A stretch of 64,000 bases of DNA, taken from the NCBI GenBank assembly GCA_963827235.1, contig CAWHAE010000012.1, forward strand, positions 888,045 to 952,044, written 5' to 3'. Below the pieces are notes generated by a model. It saw nothing but the letters and a program-made list of their open reading frames with translations. It was not told the origin of the DNA and did no database searches. The position numbers were made by a program, and so were the translations under genes. Below are positions 43,777 through 54,041 of this stretch, piece by piece; the stretch's first letter is position 1; the number at the start of each line of letters is the position of its first letter. The stretch is from an uncultured bacterium (GTDB lineage Bacteria; Chloroflexota; UBA5177; JANWHV01).

Positions 43777-45564
43777 TTAGGCACTGTGCGCCACCCGGCG
43801 AAACACGTCCACGTCCTGCAGATCGTAGACCAAGACAAAGCCGGGAATTCGGCCCAGCTCGACGCTTCCCGGCGCTCGCTCGAGCGGGCTGTATACCACC
43901 AGTGTGACGTGCTCTCGCGTGACAAGCGCGCTCAGCGCCTTCAGCGCCGCGCCCTGGCTCCGCGCGCGATAGAAGCGCCACACTTCGGCTTGCCGGAACG
44001 CGAGGTTGAACGTCTCGAAATTCTGGCCGACCACGACATGGCAGCTACAGCTACCCGGCACCAGATTGCCGAAGTTCATGCCGGCCAGTACAACGTCGGA
44101 TTCAGTCGCATGGTCGCCCAGCCAGCTCACCGCATGCGCCACGCCGGCCGGCGTGTAGTAGCTGTCGTCCAGCCCCGAGGCGGCAACAGCGGTGTACAGC
44201 GCAAGCAGCAGAGGCGTCGAGAAGACCAAGAGGCTGGCCGGTATCGCCGGCAACACCCTGACGCCGTCCTTCACGCCGCCTGGTCCGGCGAGCCACAGGA
44301 AGCCAAGCAAAGCCAGCGGCACACTGAGCCCCAGCTCCTGGCGTCCCTGCTGCCAAACAGGCAGCGTGATGGTACACAGGTTGGCCAGGATCCAGAGAAG
44401 CGGGAACCACGTGCTGGCAATCGACATGGGATCCGAGCCCGGCCGCGGCATGCTTGCCAGGGTGCGCACACCGCCGTAGGCCGCCAGGGCAAGAGCCGCG
44501 TATGCAAACAGGAGCAGCCCGGCGCTTGGCACGGCGACCTGAGCCAGCCCGCTGTGACTCCAGAGCCGGTCGCCGCGAAACACGGCCACGTAATAGATGC
44601 CGAGCAGTCCCGCGGGCAGCAGAGCCACCGCGGTAGGGCGCACGACGGAGAAGAAGACCTTGCCGGCGCGCATTGTCTTCTTCGGAGCCGCCGCCGCCGG
44701 CCGTGTATACCAGGCGCTACGGGCAGCCACCACAGCGTAGACCAGCAAGACAAGTCCAACCGTGGGCAGGAGGAAGGGATAGGATAGCGCGAGCAGCAGA
44801 AACCAGGCCGTGGCGCTGCCGATGAGGTGGGAGCGCTTGCGCGTGGCGGCCGCGTAGGACTTTCGCGGCGCCCAGAGAGGATTGCGCGCCCCGGTCGCGC
44901 GGAGCATGCAGACGAAGCCCATCAGCTCGGCGGCCAGCCCAAGACTCTCGTGTGGTGAGTTCAACAGGGTCATGCCTGGGCTGAGCTCGGGAGCAGTAAG
45001 GGCCGCGACGTCCACCAGCCGGGGCACGACCCCGCTCAGAGGAAGCGCCAGCCAGTACAGGCCCCCGGCAAGTATGACGAACAGCCAGCACGCCCGCAAC
45101 GCATTGCGCCCCACGAAGAGCGAGCAGAACTGCGCGATGGCAAACAGCAGCACGCCGCCGCAGAGCACGCGCACGATCTGGTAGACGGCGTCGGGCGAGA
45201 CGCCCGACAGTATGTGTCCGGCGAGGATGTAGGGAAAGTACATCAGGAGGTGCGATGCATGGTCCGGCGAAAACTGATTCGTGTAGCGCCACGCACCCTG
45301 CGATCCCTGGCGAATCGCCGCCAGGTATTGGCTCAAGTCACCGGTGTTGTTCAGCGCGCCCAAAAACGTCTTGCCCTGCGGAGCCAGGAGGTATCCACAG
45401 AGATAGGGCACCAGGCTGAGAGCCAGCGTCAGCAGGCCAAGACCGAGAATCCGGCCGGGTTGCACCGGTCTCCGCGGCCGTGCGGCAGTTCGGGCTCCCG
45501 CCTCGCTTCCGCTAGCCATCAGCCGTATCTCCGGCCACAACTGTCCTCGGTCCGGCCGGCGCAA
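43777..45564 (-). CDS. large polytopic membrane protein, GT-C-like candidate
   Basis: 595 aa with more than 10 hydrophobic segments and a C-terminal soluble domain. No diagnostic motif recognised. Lies between two GT-C-like genes. Confidence 0.55.
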   Translation of the reverse strand: MRRPDRGQLWPEIRLMASGSEAGARTAARPRRPVQPGRILGLGLLTLALSLVPYLCGYLLAPQGKTFLGALNNTGDLSQYLAAIRQGSQGAWRYTNQFSPDHASHLLMYFPYILAGHILSGVSPDAVYQIVRVLCGGVLLFAIAQFCSLFVGRNALRACWLFVILAGGLYWLALPLSGVVPRLVDVAALTAPELSPGMTLLNSPHESLGLAAELMGFVCMLRATGARNPLWAPRKSYAAATRKRSHLIGSATAWFLLLALSYPFLLPTVGLVLLVYAVVAARSAWYTRPAAAAPKKTMRAGKVFFSVVRPTAVALLPAGLLGIYYVAVFRGDRLWSHSGLAQVAVPSAGLLLFAYAALALAAYGGVRTLASMPRPGSDPMSIASTWFPLLWILANLCTITLPVWQQGRQELGLSVPLALLGFLWLAGPGGVKDGVRVLPAIPASLLVFSTPLLLALYTAVAASGLDDSYYTPAGVAHAVSWLGDHATESDVVLAGMNFGNLVPGSCSCHVVVGQNFETFNLAFRQAEVWRFYRARSQGAALKALSALVTREHVTLVVYSPLERAPGSVELGRIPGFVLVYDLQDVDVFRRVAHSA

Positions 45565-45716
45565 GCAAGTGCGCCCGTGTTCGCCACGGCTTCAGCGGGA
45601 ATTCGCGTTCCAGCCGTGGGCACGCGTGACAGCTGCCTTCCCTGTTGACGGAGGACGAGTAACCTTCACCCAATCGGCGATCGGCACGGGCACCGGCCGT
45701 GCCCACGGCAGCACGC

Positions 45717-47300
45717 TCAGCCGCACCCATGCCGGTTACCCGTGGCCACGAAGAGCCGGCTGACCGAGTCGTGGTAGACCAGCCTCCACCCCGGCGTGCG
45801 CTGGAGCACCGCTGCAATGCCTGCGCCAGGCTCGACCAGCGCATAGCACAGGCGGTTGGAGGAGAACAGCGACTGCCAGGAGCTGTTCCCCTCCCAGGCC
45901 TGGATATAGTGGTCCATGAAGGCGTCGCCGTACATGTCCGGCCGTCCATCGACGTAAACATGCCGCTCCGGGTACCAGTTCCAGATGAGGAAGCCGCCCC
46001 AGTTGTAGTAGTCGAAGCCCCTGAGAGGAACTCTGTGGGTGTCCATATATTGCAGCGCGCCAACCGGATACATTGTAGCTACCGAGTGCCGTTGGCTGCT
46101 GTCGCTCAGCTTCCCGGCGCTCGACACGGCGACGAGCAGCGCGATGGCTGCCACCGCGATGAGGTTCACGATCGCTCTGCCCTGCGGAGGAGGTCGCACG
46201 GCCCGAGTGCGGCTGTAGCTTTCCGGTAGCGCCGCCATGATGAGCTCGGCGATCACGGGTGCCGCCAGCACGGCGAACAGGCTGATGTTCCTCACCGACT
46301 CGAAGGCCAGATACAGGAAGGGAAGCAGCAGGGCGACGTCGGCCAGACGCGCGCGGCGCGGCGCGGCCAGGGCTGCGACAAGCAGCAGCAGCACGAGCGC
46401 CTCGAAGAGCAGATACTGCCCCTGGTGAAAATCGGGAGACACCCACTCGGCTATGTAGCGGGTAGAGGCATTGTTACCCAAATAGGACGCAGGATAGAGC
46501 GCGCCGGAGAGGCCGTTGGGATTCACCAGCGTGGCCACGGCCGCCAACACCAGAACCCGGAAGCATCGCGGCAGGTCTACCACCGAACGCACCGCCCGGG
46601 CAAGCATCGTGCCGCCGCCCTGCTCGATCCCTGCACCCAGCGGCCGAAGCAAGTCCTGCAGCGCATATCCCGCGGTGCCGAGGCACAGCAGGGCGAGGCC
46701 AAAGATGAAGCCGCCGTGAAGATTGACCCACGGCACCATCGCCGCCGCCATCCAGTACGGCGGGGCGGGCCGCCTCTGCACGACCATGCGCGTGATGCCC
46801 AGCCCGAACAGCGCCATCAGCAGCAGAGAGAGTGTCTGCGGCCTCGTGCCCCACGTGTGCGCGGAGGCCAGCGCGGCCAGCAGCACGATCGCGGCACTCA
46901 GATAGGCGGGCGCCCCGCGCTCACGAGCCGTGACATAGACGATGCCGAACGTGACCGTGGTAACGATAGCCGTGGCGAGCATGAGCAAGCGGAAGCCGCC
47001 CAGACACCAGCCGCCATAGAACAGCAGCTCGGTTACCCACTCGTGCGTGATCCAGGTGTGATTGAGCGCCGTGAGCGAGAAGATGTCGTGATGGGGAATG
47101 ACCTGGCTGTTCGCCATATAGCGGCCGGTCGCCAGGTGCCACCAAAAATCGGGGTCGTCGACCGGTTTCAGCGCTACGGCGAAGATCGTCAGCATGCAAC
47201 AGGCCACGGCAACGCCGCCGAGACCGATGCGCATGAAGGCCAGCCGTTCCCTGCCAGGCTCTGCCACCCGCTCGGTGGGGTACACGGCGCTCTCGGCCAC
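45717..47300 (-). CDS. large polytopic membrane protein, GT-C-like candidate
   Basis: 527 aa. First-loop acidic motif VDDPDFWWHLATGRY, many TM segments and a C-terminal soluble domain. Confidence 0.6.
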   Translation of the reverse strand: MAESAVYPTERVAEPGRERLAFMRIGLGGVAVACCMLTIFAVALKPVDDPDFWWHLATGRYMANSQVIPHHDIFSLTALNHTWITHEWVTELLFYGGWCLGGFRLLMLATAIVTTVTFGIVYVTARERGAPAYLSAAIVLLAALASAHTWGTRPQTLSLLLMALFGLGITRMVVQRRPAPPYWMAAAMVPWVNLHGGFIFGLALLCLGTAGYALQDLLRPLGAGIEQGGGTMLARAVRSVVDLPRCFRVLVLAAVATLVNPNGLSGALYPASYLGNNASTRYIAEWVSPDFHQGQYLLFEALVLLLLVAALAAPRRARLADVALLLPFLYLAFESVRNISLFAVLAAPVIAELIMAALPESYSRTRAVRPPPQGRAIVNLIAVAAIALLVAVSSAGKLSDSSQRHSVATMYPVGALQYMDTHRVPLRGFDYYNWGGFLIWNWYPERHVYVDGRPDMYGDAFMDHYIQAWEGNSSWQSLFSSNRLCYALVEPGAGIAAVLQRTPGWRLVYHDSVSRLFVATGNRHGCG

Positions 47301-47412
47301 GCTATCTCCGGTCGGCCACGTAGTACAGCCATTCGCGGCCAGTGGGCCGCGCTTGGCTCAGTCTAGTCCCTCGTGGCATGCCCTTCAATAGGTCGAGAGG
47401 TCATTATGGCAT

Positions 47413-48510
47413 TCAGGCAGGGCCGGATCCCACGGCGGGCGCCGTGCCTCCGCGGGCGAGCATGTCCGCCATGAGCGAGGTCGCCTCCTCGGCCCGGTGG
47501 CAGGCCACGAAGTGGCCGGGCACCACGTCGCGGAACTCCGGCTCCTCGACGGCGCAGCGCTCGATCGCCAGCGGGCAGCGCGTGCGGAAACGGCAGCCGC
47601 TGGGAGGATTGATCGGGCTGGGCACGTCGCCCTGCAGCACGATGCGGTTCCTGCGCACCAGCGGGTCCGGGTTAGGAATAGCGGACAACAGGGCCTTGGT
47701 ATAGGGGTGCAGCGGATTCTTGTAGAGCTCGTCGCCGGACGCCAGCTCCGCCATCTTCCCAAGGTACATCACGCCGACCCGGTCGGAGAGGTACTCGACC
47801 ACCGAGAGATCGTGCGCAATAAACAGGTAGGTGAGCCCAAACTCGTGCTGGAGATCCTCAAGCAAGTTGAGCACCTGACTCTGCACGCTGACGTCCAGGG
47901 CACTCACCGGCTCGTCGCACACAATGAACTTCGGGCGCAATGCCAGGGCGCGCGCCACGCCGATGCGCTGCCGCTGCCCGCCGCTGAACTCGTGCGGATA
48001 CCGGCGCACATACTCCTTGCGCAAGCCCACCACGCTGAGGAAGTACTGCACGGTCTTCTCGCGCTCCCGCCGATTGTGCATGCCGTGCACGCGCAGGCCC
48101 TCCCCGATGATGTCGCCTACCGGCATGCGGGGATTGAGCGAGGAGTACGGGTCCTGGAAGATGATCTGCATGTCGCGACGCCGGGCCTTCATGGCCGACG
48201 AGCTCAGCATGAGGACGTTTTGCCCTTCGAACACGACTTCGCCGCTGGTGGCCTTCTGCAGGCGCAAGATCGTGCGCCCGGTCGTGGTCTTGCCGCAACC
48301 GCTTTCGCCGACCAGCCCGAATGTCTCACCGCGTTTGATATCAAAGGAGACGCCGTCAACAGCCTTCACTTCGCCGACTCTGCGGCGAAGCACACCGCCC
48401 AGAATGGGGAAGTAGGTGCGCAGTTGACGAACGCTCAGCAACACCTCGTCGCTTTCGCCACTCCTGCGAGTAGCCTCACGTTCGGCAGTCTGCTGCATGC
48501 TGTTCACCAC
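47413..48510 (-). CDS. ABC transporter ATP-binding protein (OppF/DppF-like)
   Basis: 365 aa with Walker [10 protein letters not shown], signature FSGGQRQR, Walker [13 protein letters not shown] and the oligopeptide C-terminal region [11 protein letters not shown]. Confidence 0.92.
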   Translation of the reverse strand: MVNSMQQTAEREATRRSGESDEVLLSVRQLRTYFPILGGVLRRRVGEVKAVDGVSFDIKRGETFGLVGESGCGKTTTGRTILRLQKATSGEVVFEGQNVLMLSSSAMKARRRDMQIIFQDPYSSLNPRMPVGDIIGEGLRVHGMHNRREREKTVQYFLSVVGLRKEYVRRYPHEFSGGQRQRIGVARALALRPKFIVCDEPVSALDVSVQSQVLNLLEDLQHEFGLTYLFIAHDLSVVEYLSDRVGVMYLGKMAELASGDELYKNPLHPYTKALLSAIPNPDPLVRRNRIVLQGDVPSPINPPSGCRFRTRCPLAIERCAVEEPEFRDVVPGHFVACHRAEEATSLMADMLARGGTAPAVGSGPA

Positions 48511-48759
48511 CCCGGCAATTCGTACAGTGATCTCTATAAATAGATAGCTCTTGCTGCCGATCGACTGGCAGCGCTCGACTGTTGCCCTACCGCGCCGTAG
48601 CGCGTCTGCCCTGAGTAATCGGACGGCAGCGTCGCCACGACTGCGATCGACCGGGCCGCAGGCGCCGCGGGGCCCAAGCTCTCACCATGGTGTGCCGCCC
48701 TGCCATGACCGTGCAGAAACAGGTTGGAACCACGCCATTAGTGTACCAGCCGCGCACGC

Positions 48760-49701
48760 TCAGTACAGCCAGCACTTGACCTTGATCCCGCCCTCGACGG
48801 TCTTGAGCTCCGGCTCCTTCTCCGTGCAGACCCCCATGACCTGCGAGCATCGAGGGGCGAACGGGCAGCCCTTGGGCAGGTTGAGCGGGCTTGGCACGGT
48901 GCCCGGAATGACGTACAACCGCTGGTTCTTCACGCCGAGGCTCGGAATGGAGCTCAGCAGGCCCACCGTGTACGGGTGTTTGGGATTCTTGAGCACGCTG
49001 ATCACGTCGCCCTGCTCCACGACCTTGCCGGTGTACATGACGATGACCTCGTCGGCCATCTCCGCCACCACGCCGATGTCGTGCGTAATCAGCAGCACGG
49101 CGGTGTTCACGCGCGTACGGAGATCCTTGATCAGCTCGAGGATCTGGGCTTGAATGGTCACGTCGAGCGCGGTGGTCGGCTCGTCCGCGATCAGCAGGCT
49201 TGGCTGCAGCGCCAGCGCCATAGCAATCATCACACGCTGCCGCATGCCGCCGCTCATGTTGTGCGGATGATCGTGGATGCGCCGCTCGGGCGAGGGGATG
49301 CCTACCATGCGGAAGAGCTCGACCACGCGCGCATCGGCCTCCTTCCTGGAGACCTTTCTGTGCACGCGAATGGCTTCTCCGACCTGATTGCCCACGGTAA
49401 AGACGGGGTTGAGGCTGGTCATGGGCTCCTGGAAGATCATGGAGATGCGGTTACCGCGGATGTGACGCATCTGCTCTTCGGAGAGCTTCACCAGGTCCTT
49501 GCCGTCGAACATGATCTGTCCGCCGTCGATCCAGCCGGGCGGGTCGATCAGGCGCATGACCGAAAGGCTCGTCACGCTCTTGCCGCATCCCGACTCGCCG
49601 ACCACGCCGAGGGTCCGGCCAGGAGCGATTGCCATGTCCACGCCGTCCACGGCTTTGACGACGCCGTCCATCGTCTTGAAGTAGGTCTTCAGCCCGGACA
49701 C
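48760..49701 (-). CDS. ABC transporter ATP-binding protein (OppD/DppD-like)
   Basis: Walker A GESGCGKS, signature MSGGMRQR, Walker [13 protein letters not shown] and [11 protein letters not shown]. The true start is probably upstream of the GTG at 49701 (non-canonical or CTG), because LLEV precedes it in frame and a GAGGAGG lies near 49775. Confidence 0.9.
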   Translation of the reverse strand: MSGLKTYFKTMDGVVKAVDGVDMAIAPGRTLGVVGESGCGKSVTSLSVMRLIDPPGWIDGGQIMFDGKDLVKLSEEQMRHIRGNRISMIFQEPMTSLNPVFTVGNQVGEAIRVHRKVSRKEADARVVELFRMVGIPSPERRIHDHPHNMSGGMRQRVMIAMALALQPSLLIADEPTTALDVTIQAQILELIKDLRTRVNTAVLLITHDIGVVAEMADEVIVMYTGKVVEQGDVISVLKNPKHPYTVGLLSSIPSLGVKNQRLYVIPGTVPSPLNLPKGCPFAPRCSQVMGVCTEKEPELKTVEGGIKVKCWLY

Positions 49702-49829
49702 CTCAAGCAGGTTGCCGGAGGCGTCGGAGGCGGCGCTGGATTGCCTGGAATCGATGCTGACGCTAATCGGAGAACCTCCTCGATCGACTTGAGTTTACAT
49801 AATTCTAACAGACCGCACTCTGTGGCGCG

Positions 49830-50855
49830 CTAGGCCTTCATTCTCACGTCAAGCGCGTCGCTGAGACCGTCGCCGACGAAGTTCACGGCGACGACAGTGA
49901 GCACCAGAAACACGCCCGGGAAAATGGTAACCCACGGCGCCCCGGCAATACCCATGGGATCGTTCTCTGCAAATGAGAGTACCGAGCCCCAACTGGTGTC
50001 GGGATACTGCAAGCCAACCCCTAAATAATCGATCGCCGCCTCGGTGATGATGTTGCTGGCCACCGCCAGCGTAGCTGCCACGAGAATGGGACGGAGCGCG
50101 TTCGGCAGCATGTGCCTGAACATGATTCGGAGATCGGAGACGCCGACCGCGCGCGCCGCCTCGGTGTACTCGGCGGTACGCAGGGTCAGGAACGAGGCAC
50201 GGAGCAACCGGGCGATGAACGCCCACTCGAAGAAGGCGAGAATGCCGATCACCAACAGCACTGAGGTGTGGCCATGCCCGATGACCGACGCCGCCACCAA
50301 GAGCACGGGCAGGAAGGGCAGGGCGAGGAAGATGTCGACCAGTCGCATCAGCAGACTGTCCACCCAGCTTCCGAAATAACCGGCGATCGCACCCACAACG
50401 ACGCCGATCAGCGCGGCGATGATGGCGGCAGTGAAACCGATCAGCAGCGAGTAACGCGCACCCCACATGATCTGGGCGGAGATACTGTGTCCGTTGAAGT
50501 CGGTGCCCATAGCGTAGCGCAGGCCTTGAGACAGCGTGGGCGCTGCATCGTTGAGGGTGAGATCGGCAGAGTTCGGGTCGTAGATGTTCTCCGGCGCAAA
50601 CCATGGTGCCGTGATCGCCATCAGCGTCATGAACACGAGGATGCCCGTGCCGACCATCGCCAGGCGGTGCTTGCGAAAGCGCATCCAAGCCAACTGCAGC
50701 TGGGTAAGCTGCTTGGTCTCGATGCGCTCGAGCCGCGACTGCTCGAGCTGGGCGGCGCTAGGCGTGGGTACCGGCGCACCCAGCACTTCAGGCGCCTCCG
50801 TCTCGCGTACAGTCATCGTCTCTCTCCCCGGGGTTGAGCCGTTTAGTCTCGCCAT
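49830..50855 (-). CDS. ABC transporter permease (OppC/DppC-like)
   Basis: EAA-loop EAARAVGVSDLRIMFRHMLPNALRP. The ATG at 50855 lies just after the upstream stop; an alternative ATG is at 50816. Confidence 0.88.
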   Translation of the reverse strand: MARLNGSTPGRETMTVRETEAPEVLGAPVPTPSAAQLEQSRLERIETKQLTQLQLAWMRFRKHRLAMVGTGILVFMTLMAITAPWFAPENIYDPNSADLTLNDAAPTLSQGLRYAMGTDFNGHSISAQIMWGARYSLLIGFTAAIIAALIGVVVGAIAGYFGSWVDSLLMRLVDIFLALPFLPVLLVAASVIGHGHTSVLLVIGILAFFEWAFIARLLRASFLTLRTAEYTEAARAVGVSDLRIMFRHMLPNALRPILVAATLAVASNIITEAAIDYLGVGLQYPDTSWGSVLSFAENDPMGIAGAPWVTIFPGVFLVLTVVAVNFVGDGLSDALDVRMKA

Positions 50856-50859
50856 GGCA

Positions 50860-51873
50860 TTAATCGTATCGGATACGCGGATCGACCCACGCGTAGGTGA
50901 GGTCGCCGAGCAGATTCCCCACCAACACGCCAAGGGCTGTGATCATCAAGAGCGCTTGAAGGAGCGGGTAGTCTGACGAGCCGAGGGCCTCGTAGAATAG
51001 CCTCCCCATGCCGGGCCAGGCGAATATCGTCTCCGTGATGATCGCGCCGCCGACAAGGCCCGGCAGGTTGATGGCGATATTGGTGATCACCGGCAGCAAG
51101 GCATTGCGCAGCGCGTGTTTGAGGACGACGGTGCGCCGCTTCAACCCCTTGGCGCGTGCCGTGCGGATGTAGTCCTGGTTGATCACCTCGAGCATGCTGG
51201 CGCGCATGAACCTGCTGTCGTTGGCGACCTGGATGATAGCGAGCACGGCCGCGGGCAGGGCCAGGTGGCGCAAGAGATCGAGGCTCGCGTGCTCGGGGTG
51301 ACCGAAGAAGTACGACCAGTAGCCCGGGCCGTTGAAGGTGGGAATGTTCGCCGTGTCGCCCACGATGCCACCGGCGGGTAGCCAGCCGGCCCAGACGGCG
51401 AAGACGAGGATCAGGATGCCGGAGAGCCAGAAGGTCGGCATAGACAGACCGATGTAGCTCAGGACCGTGAAAAGCGTGTCGAAGAACGAATAACGACGGA
51501 GGGCGGCAAAGATGCCCAGCGGCAGCGCAATACACTCGGCGATCAGATAGGCAAGTCCGCCCAGGACCAGCGTGGCGGGCAGTCGCTCGACTATCTCCTG
51601 CGAGACCGAGCGGCCCTGGCCGATGCTCAGTCCGAAATCCCCGTGGGCCACGTTGCCCGCCCACGTGAGGTACTGCACCGGCAGCGGCTTATCGAGGCCG
51701 AGATGCACGATGCAGCCGTGGTAGCGTTCCTGCTGGGCAACGGTCGCGCCGACCGTCTGCAACGAGTTGCAAGGTCCGCCGGGCGCGATATGCAGCAGCA
51801 CAAAGAAGAAGATCGATAACCCGAACAATATCAAGAGGGTCTGGAGAAGGCGTCTGGCGACGAACGTACCCAT
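50860..51873 (-). CDS. ABC transporter permease (OppB/DppB-like)
   Basis: 337 aa. N-terminal FVARRLLQTLLILFGLSIFFF and EAA-loop RTARAKGLKRRTVVLKHALRNALLPV. Confidence 0.9.
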   Translation of the reverse strand: MGTFVARRLLQTLLILFGLSIFFFVLLHIAPGGPCNSLQTVGATVAQQERYHGCIVHLGLDKPLPVQYLTWAGNVAHGDFGLSIGQGRSVSQEIVERLPATLVLGGLAYLIAECIALPLGIFAALRRYSFFDTLFTVLSYIGLSMPTFWLSGILILVFAVWAGWLPAGGIVGDTANIPTFNGPGYWSYFFGHPEHASLDLLRHLALPAAVLAIIQVANDSRFMRASMLEVINQDYIRTARAKGLKRRTVVLKHALRNALLPVITNIAINLPGLVGGAIITETIFAWPGMGRLFYEALGSSDYPLLQALLMITALGVLVGNLLGDLTYAWVDPRIRYD

Positions 51874-52054
51874 CGATTCCCGTTTCCTAAGTCCAGCTCA
51901 GTGCCGTCCGTGAGCTACGCGGCCAGCCGCCGTTTCCTGCAGCATTCTCGGCACGTCCACCGCGCGATTTGCCGCCGTTCAGCATACCGGTCGAGCACGA
52001 GGGTGTACCCGGTTTTACAAAAAGCATACATACCATTATGACAAAATGCTTGAC

Positions 52055-52082
52055 GGCAAGGGGGCGGGTCCGCCCCCTTGCC
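52055..52082 (-). terminator. intercistronic hairpin after the SBP gene (attenuator/stabiliser)
   Basis: Perfect 12-bp stem GGCAAGGGGGCG / CGCCCCCTTGCC with a 4-nt loop, 20 nt after the SBP stop. Followed on the minus strand by GTCAAGCATTTTGTC. Confidence 0.5.
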
Positions 52083-52101
52083 GCGAAGAAAGGCCGGTTG
52101 A

Positions 52102-53955
52102 CTAGGATACCAGGGCCTTTTGGCTGCCCGTGGGATCGTACCACCACTGGTAGGCGTTCCACTCGTTGCCGGCCTGCGTCGAATTCGGCTTGAAGTTGCC
52201 GATCGTGCCCTTGTAGGCAATGATGTTGGGCCGGTTGAAGAGCGAGATGTTGTAGCCCTGCGTGATCATGTAGTTCTGGTAGTTGGCGTAGTCCGCCTTC
52301 CGCTTGGCGTCGTCCAGGGTGGTTCGCGCGTCCATGAAGAACTGCACGAGCTTGGGATCCTGTACCTGGATGTAGTTGACCCCGCCCGGAGTCGAGGCGT
52401 TGGCGATCTGGGTGGGCAGGAAGTTCTGCACGGCTTGGTCGGGGTCGGGGCTGGTGCTGAAGGCAAACTCCGCGATGTCGAACGTGTGCCGCGAGAGGAT
52501 GCCGCCGTCCTGGTAGCTATCGAACAGACCGTTGCCGTTGCTGCCGTAGGAAGGCACGTACCGGATCTTGATCGAGATGCCGGCCTGGCCCCAGACGCGC
52601 TGCAGGAGCTGGGCGCTGCGAATGCGCGTGGCATTGTTCGTCGTGGTCAGCGTCAGCTCGAGATGCCTGCCGCCGCCGCTCAGAGACGTAGCGTAGCCGG
52701 CGGACGCCAGCAGAGACGCCGCCTTCGCCGAGTCGTACGGGTTGGCCGGTAGCTGGCTGTTGATCGACCAGGGCGAGACGGCCGGAAGCGGAGAGGTCAG
52801 CGCGATGTCCTTCCAGTTCACCGCCGGGAACAAGGCGCTGAGATAGGCCTGCTTGTTGAGCGAGTAGTAGATGGCCTGGCGCACGCGCACGTCTCGCAAA
52901 GCCGGGTTGCCCGGCGCCGCCTCGTTGAGCTCGAGATGCTCGTACTCGAGGGCCGGCGTGAGCGAGATGTGATACTTGGACTTGTCAAGGCTGGCCACGT
53001 CGATGAGCTGGAAGTCCTCGGCCTTGTCGAGTGAGCTGTAGGTGTCGCTGGCCTGCAGGGCCTGGGTGAGGGCGGTCTCGCTCGAGGAGACGGCGACGAA
53101 TTGCAGCTTCGCCAGCCGCGGATGGCTCGGGTCGGCAGGCAGAATGTTGTAGTAAGGGTTGGGCACCAGCGTGATGCGCTGGTCCTGGGTCCACTCACTC
53201 AGCATATAGGCGCCGTTGAACACGTCCTTGGGCGAGATGTAGCTGTCGTTCAGCCAGCTATTGATCAGCTTCTGGAACGACGAGCCCTTGTAGGCGCTGG
53301 AGGCGAAGTAGGCCTTGACAGCGTCGTACGTATAGTTGTTCAGCAGACTGGTGGGGAACTCGCCGCCGTACTTGGACTGGAAGTAATGCACGGGCACAGG
53401 CGTGGTATTGTTGGGCAGGCCCGGCTGAGCGTATGAGATGGCCGGGGCGTAGATCCCGTAGAAGGTCAGCACCATGTCGTCGCCCGAGAAGGTAATCGAC
53501 TTGATACGACTGTACGGGTCGATCTGATTCACTTCCGGAGCCAGGTCCAGCAGCAGCGGAGCGATCAAGTCCTGGTGCGTGATCGCCTGGCCGTCGGACC
53601 ACTTCAGGTTCGGCTTGAGCACGTAGGTGACGACTTCGTTGCCGCCCACGACCTTGATTCCGCCATTGGCCGTGGTCGGCACCTGGGTCACCATGTCGGC
53701 GTAGAAGTTGCCTTTTGCGTCGAGGCCGACGTACCCGTCGGAGATTGCGCCAATCAGCTCGGCGTCGGCCACCGATGCCGCCTGATTGCCGCCCAGGTTA
53801 GTCTGAGCCGGGAATTGCCAGTCCGTGACTGCAATCGTGCCGGAGTAGCTGGCCCTGGCCGCCGCGGCGTGAGCCGAGCTGATCGGCAGCGTGGTGGCGA
53901 CAGTTCCGAGCAGGACGAGCGCCGTCGCCGAAACTGCCAGTTTTCTGTGTAGCAT
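52102..53955 (-). CDS. ABC transporter substrate-binding protein, family 5 (Opp/Dpp type)
   Basis: 617 aa with a signal peptide (LAVSATALVLLGTVATTLPISSAHA). Family 5 SBP size and pattern. First gene of a five-gene ABC operon. Confidence 0.88.
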   Translation of the reverse strand: MLHRKLAVSATALVLLGTVATTLPISSAHAAAARASYSGTIAVTDWQFPAQTNLGGNQAASVADAELIGAISDGYVGLDAKGNFYADMVTQVPTTANGGIKVVGGNEVVTYVLKPNLKWSDGQAITHQDLIAPLLLDLAPEVNQIDPYSRIKSITFSGDDMVLTFYGIYAPAISYAQPGLPNNTTPVPVHYFQSKYGGEFPTSLLNNYTYDAVKAYFASSAYKGSSFQKLINSWLNDSYISPKDVFNGAYMLSEWTQDQRITLVPNPYYNILPADPSHPRLAKLQFVAVSSSETALTQALQASDTYSSLDKAEDFQLIDVASLDKSKYHISLTPALEYEHLELNEAAPGNPALRDVRVRQAIYYSLNKQAYLSALFPAVNWKDIALTSPLPAVSPWSINSQLPANPYDSAKAASLLASAGYATSLSGGGRHLELTLTTTNNATRIRSAQLLQRVWGQAGISIKIRYVPSYGSNGNGLFDSYQDGGILSRHTFDIAEFAFSTSPDPDQAVQNFLPTQIANASTPGGVNYIQVQDPKLVQFFMDARTTLDDAKRKADYANYQNYMITQGYNISLFNRPNIIAYKGTIGNFKPNSTQAGNEWNAYQWWYDPTGSQKALVS

Positions 53956-54041
53956 CGAGTCTCCCTCTTCCGTATGTGAAAGCCATGTACGTCTACCCGG
54001 GCGCTCGAGATGTGAACGTCCCAGAAGCGCCCGAGCCCTAG

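Noticed and set aside
585-47366. Many long ORFs in the six-frame track. Examples: 585-1652, 1982-3769, 3836-5218, 8912-10486, 12974-15085, 12978-14672, 15826-17394, 21227-22618, 24519-25934, 26633-27784, 43684-44787, 46425-47366, 47497-48543.
   Set aside because: Each lies antisense to, or out of frame with, a gene that has clear family motifs. Their translations are dominated by Arg/Ala/Gly/Pro with no recognisable motifs. This is the expected artefact of a stop-codon-poor high-GC genome.
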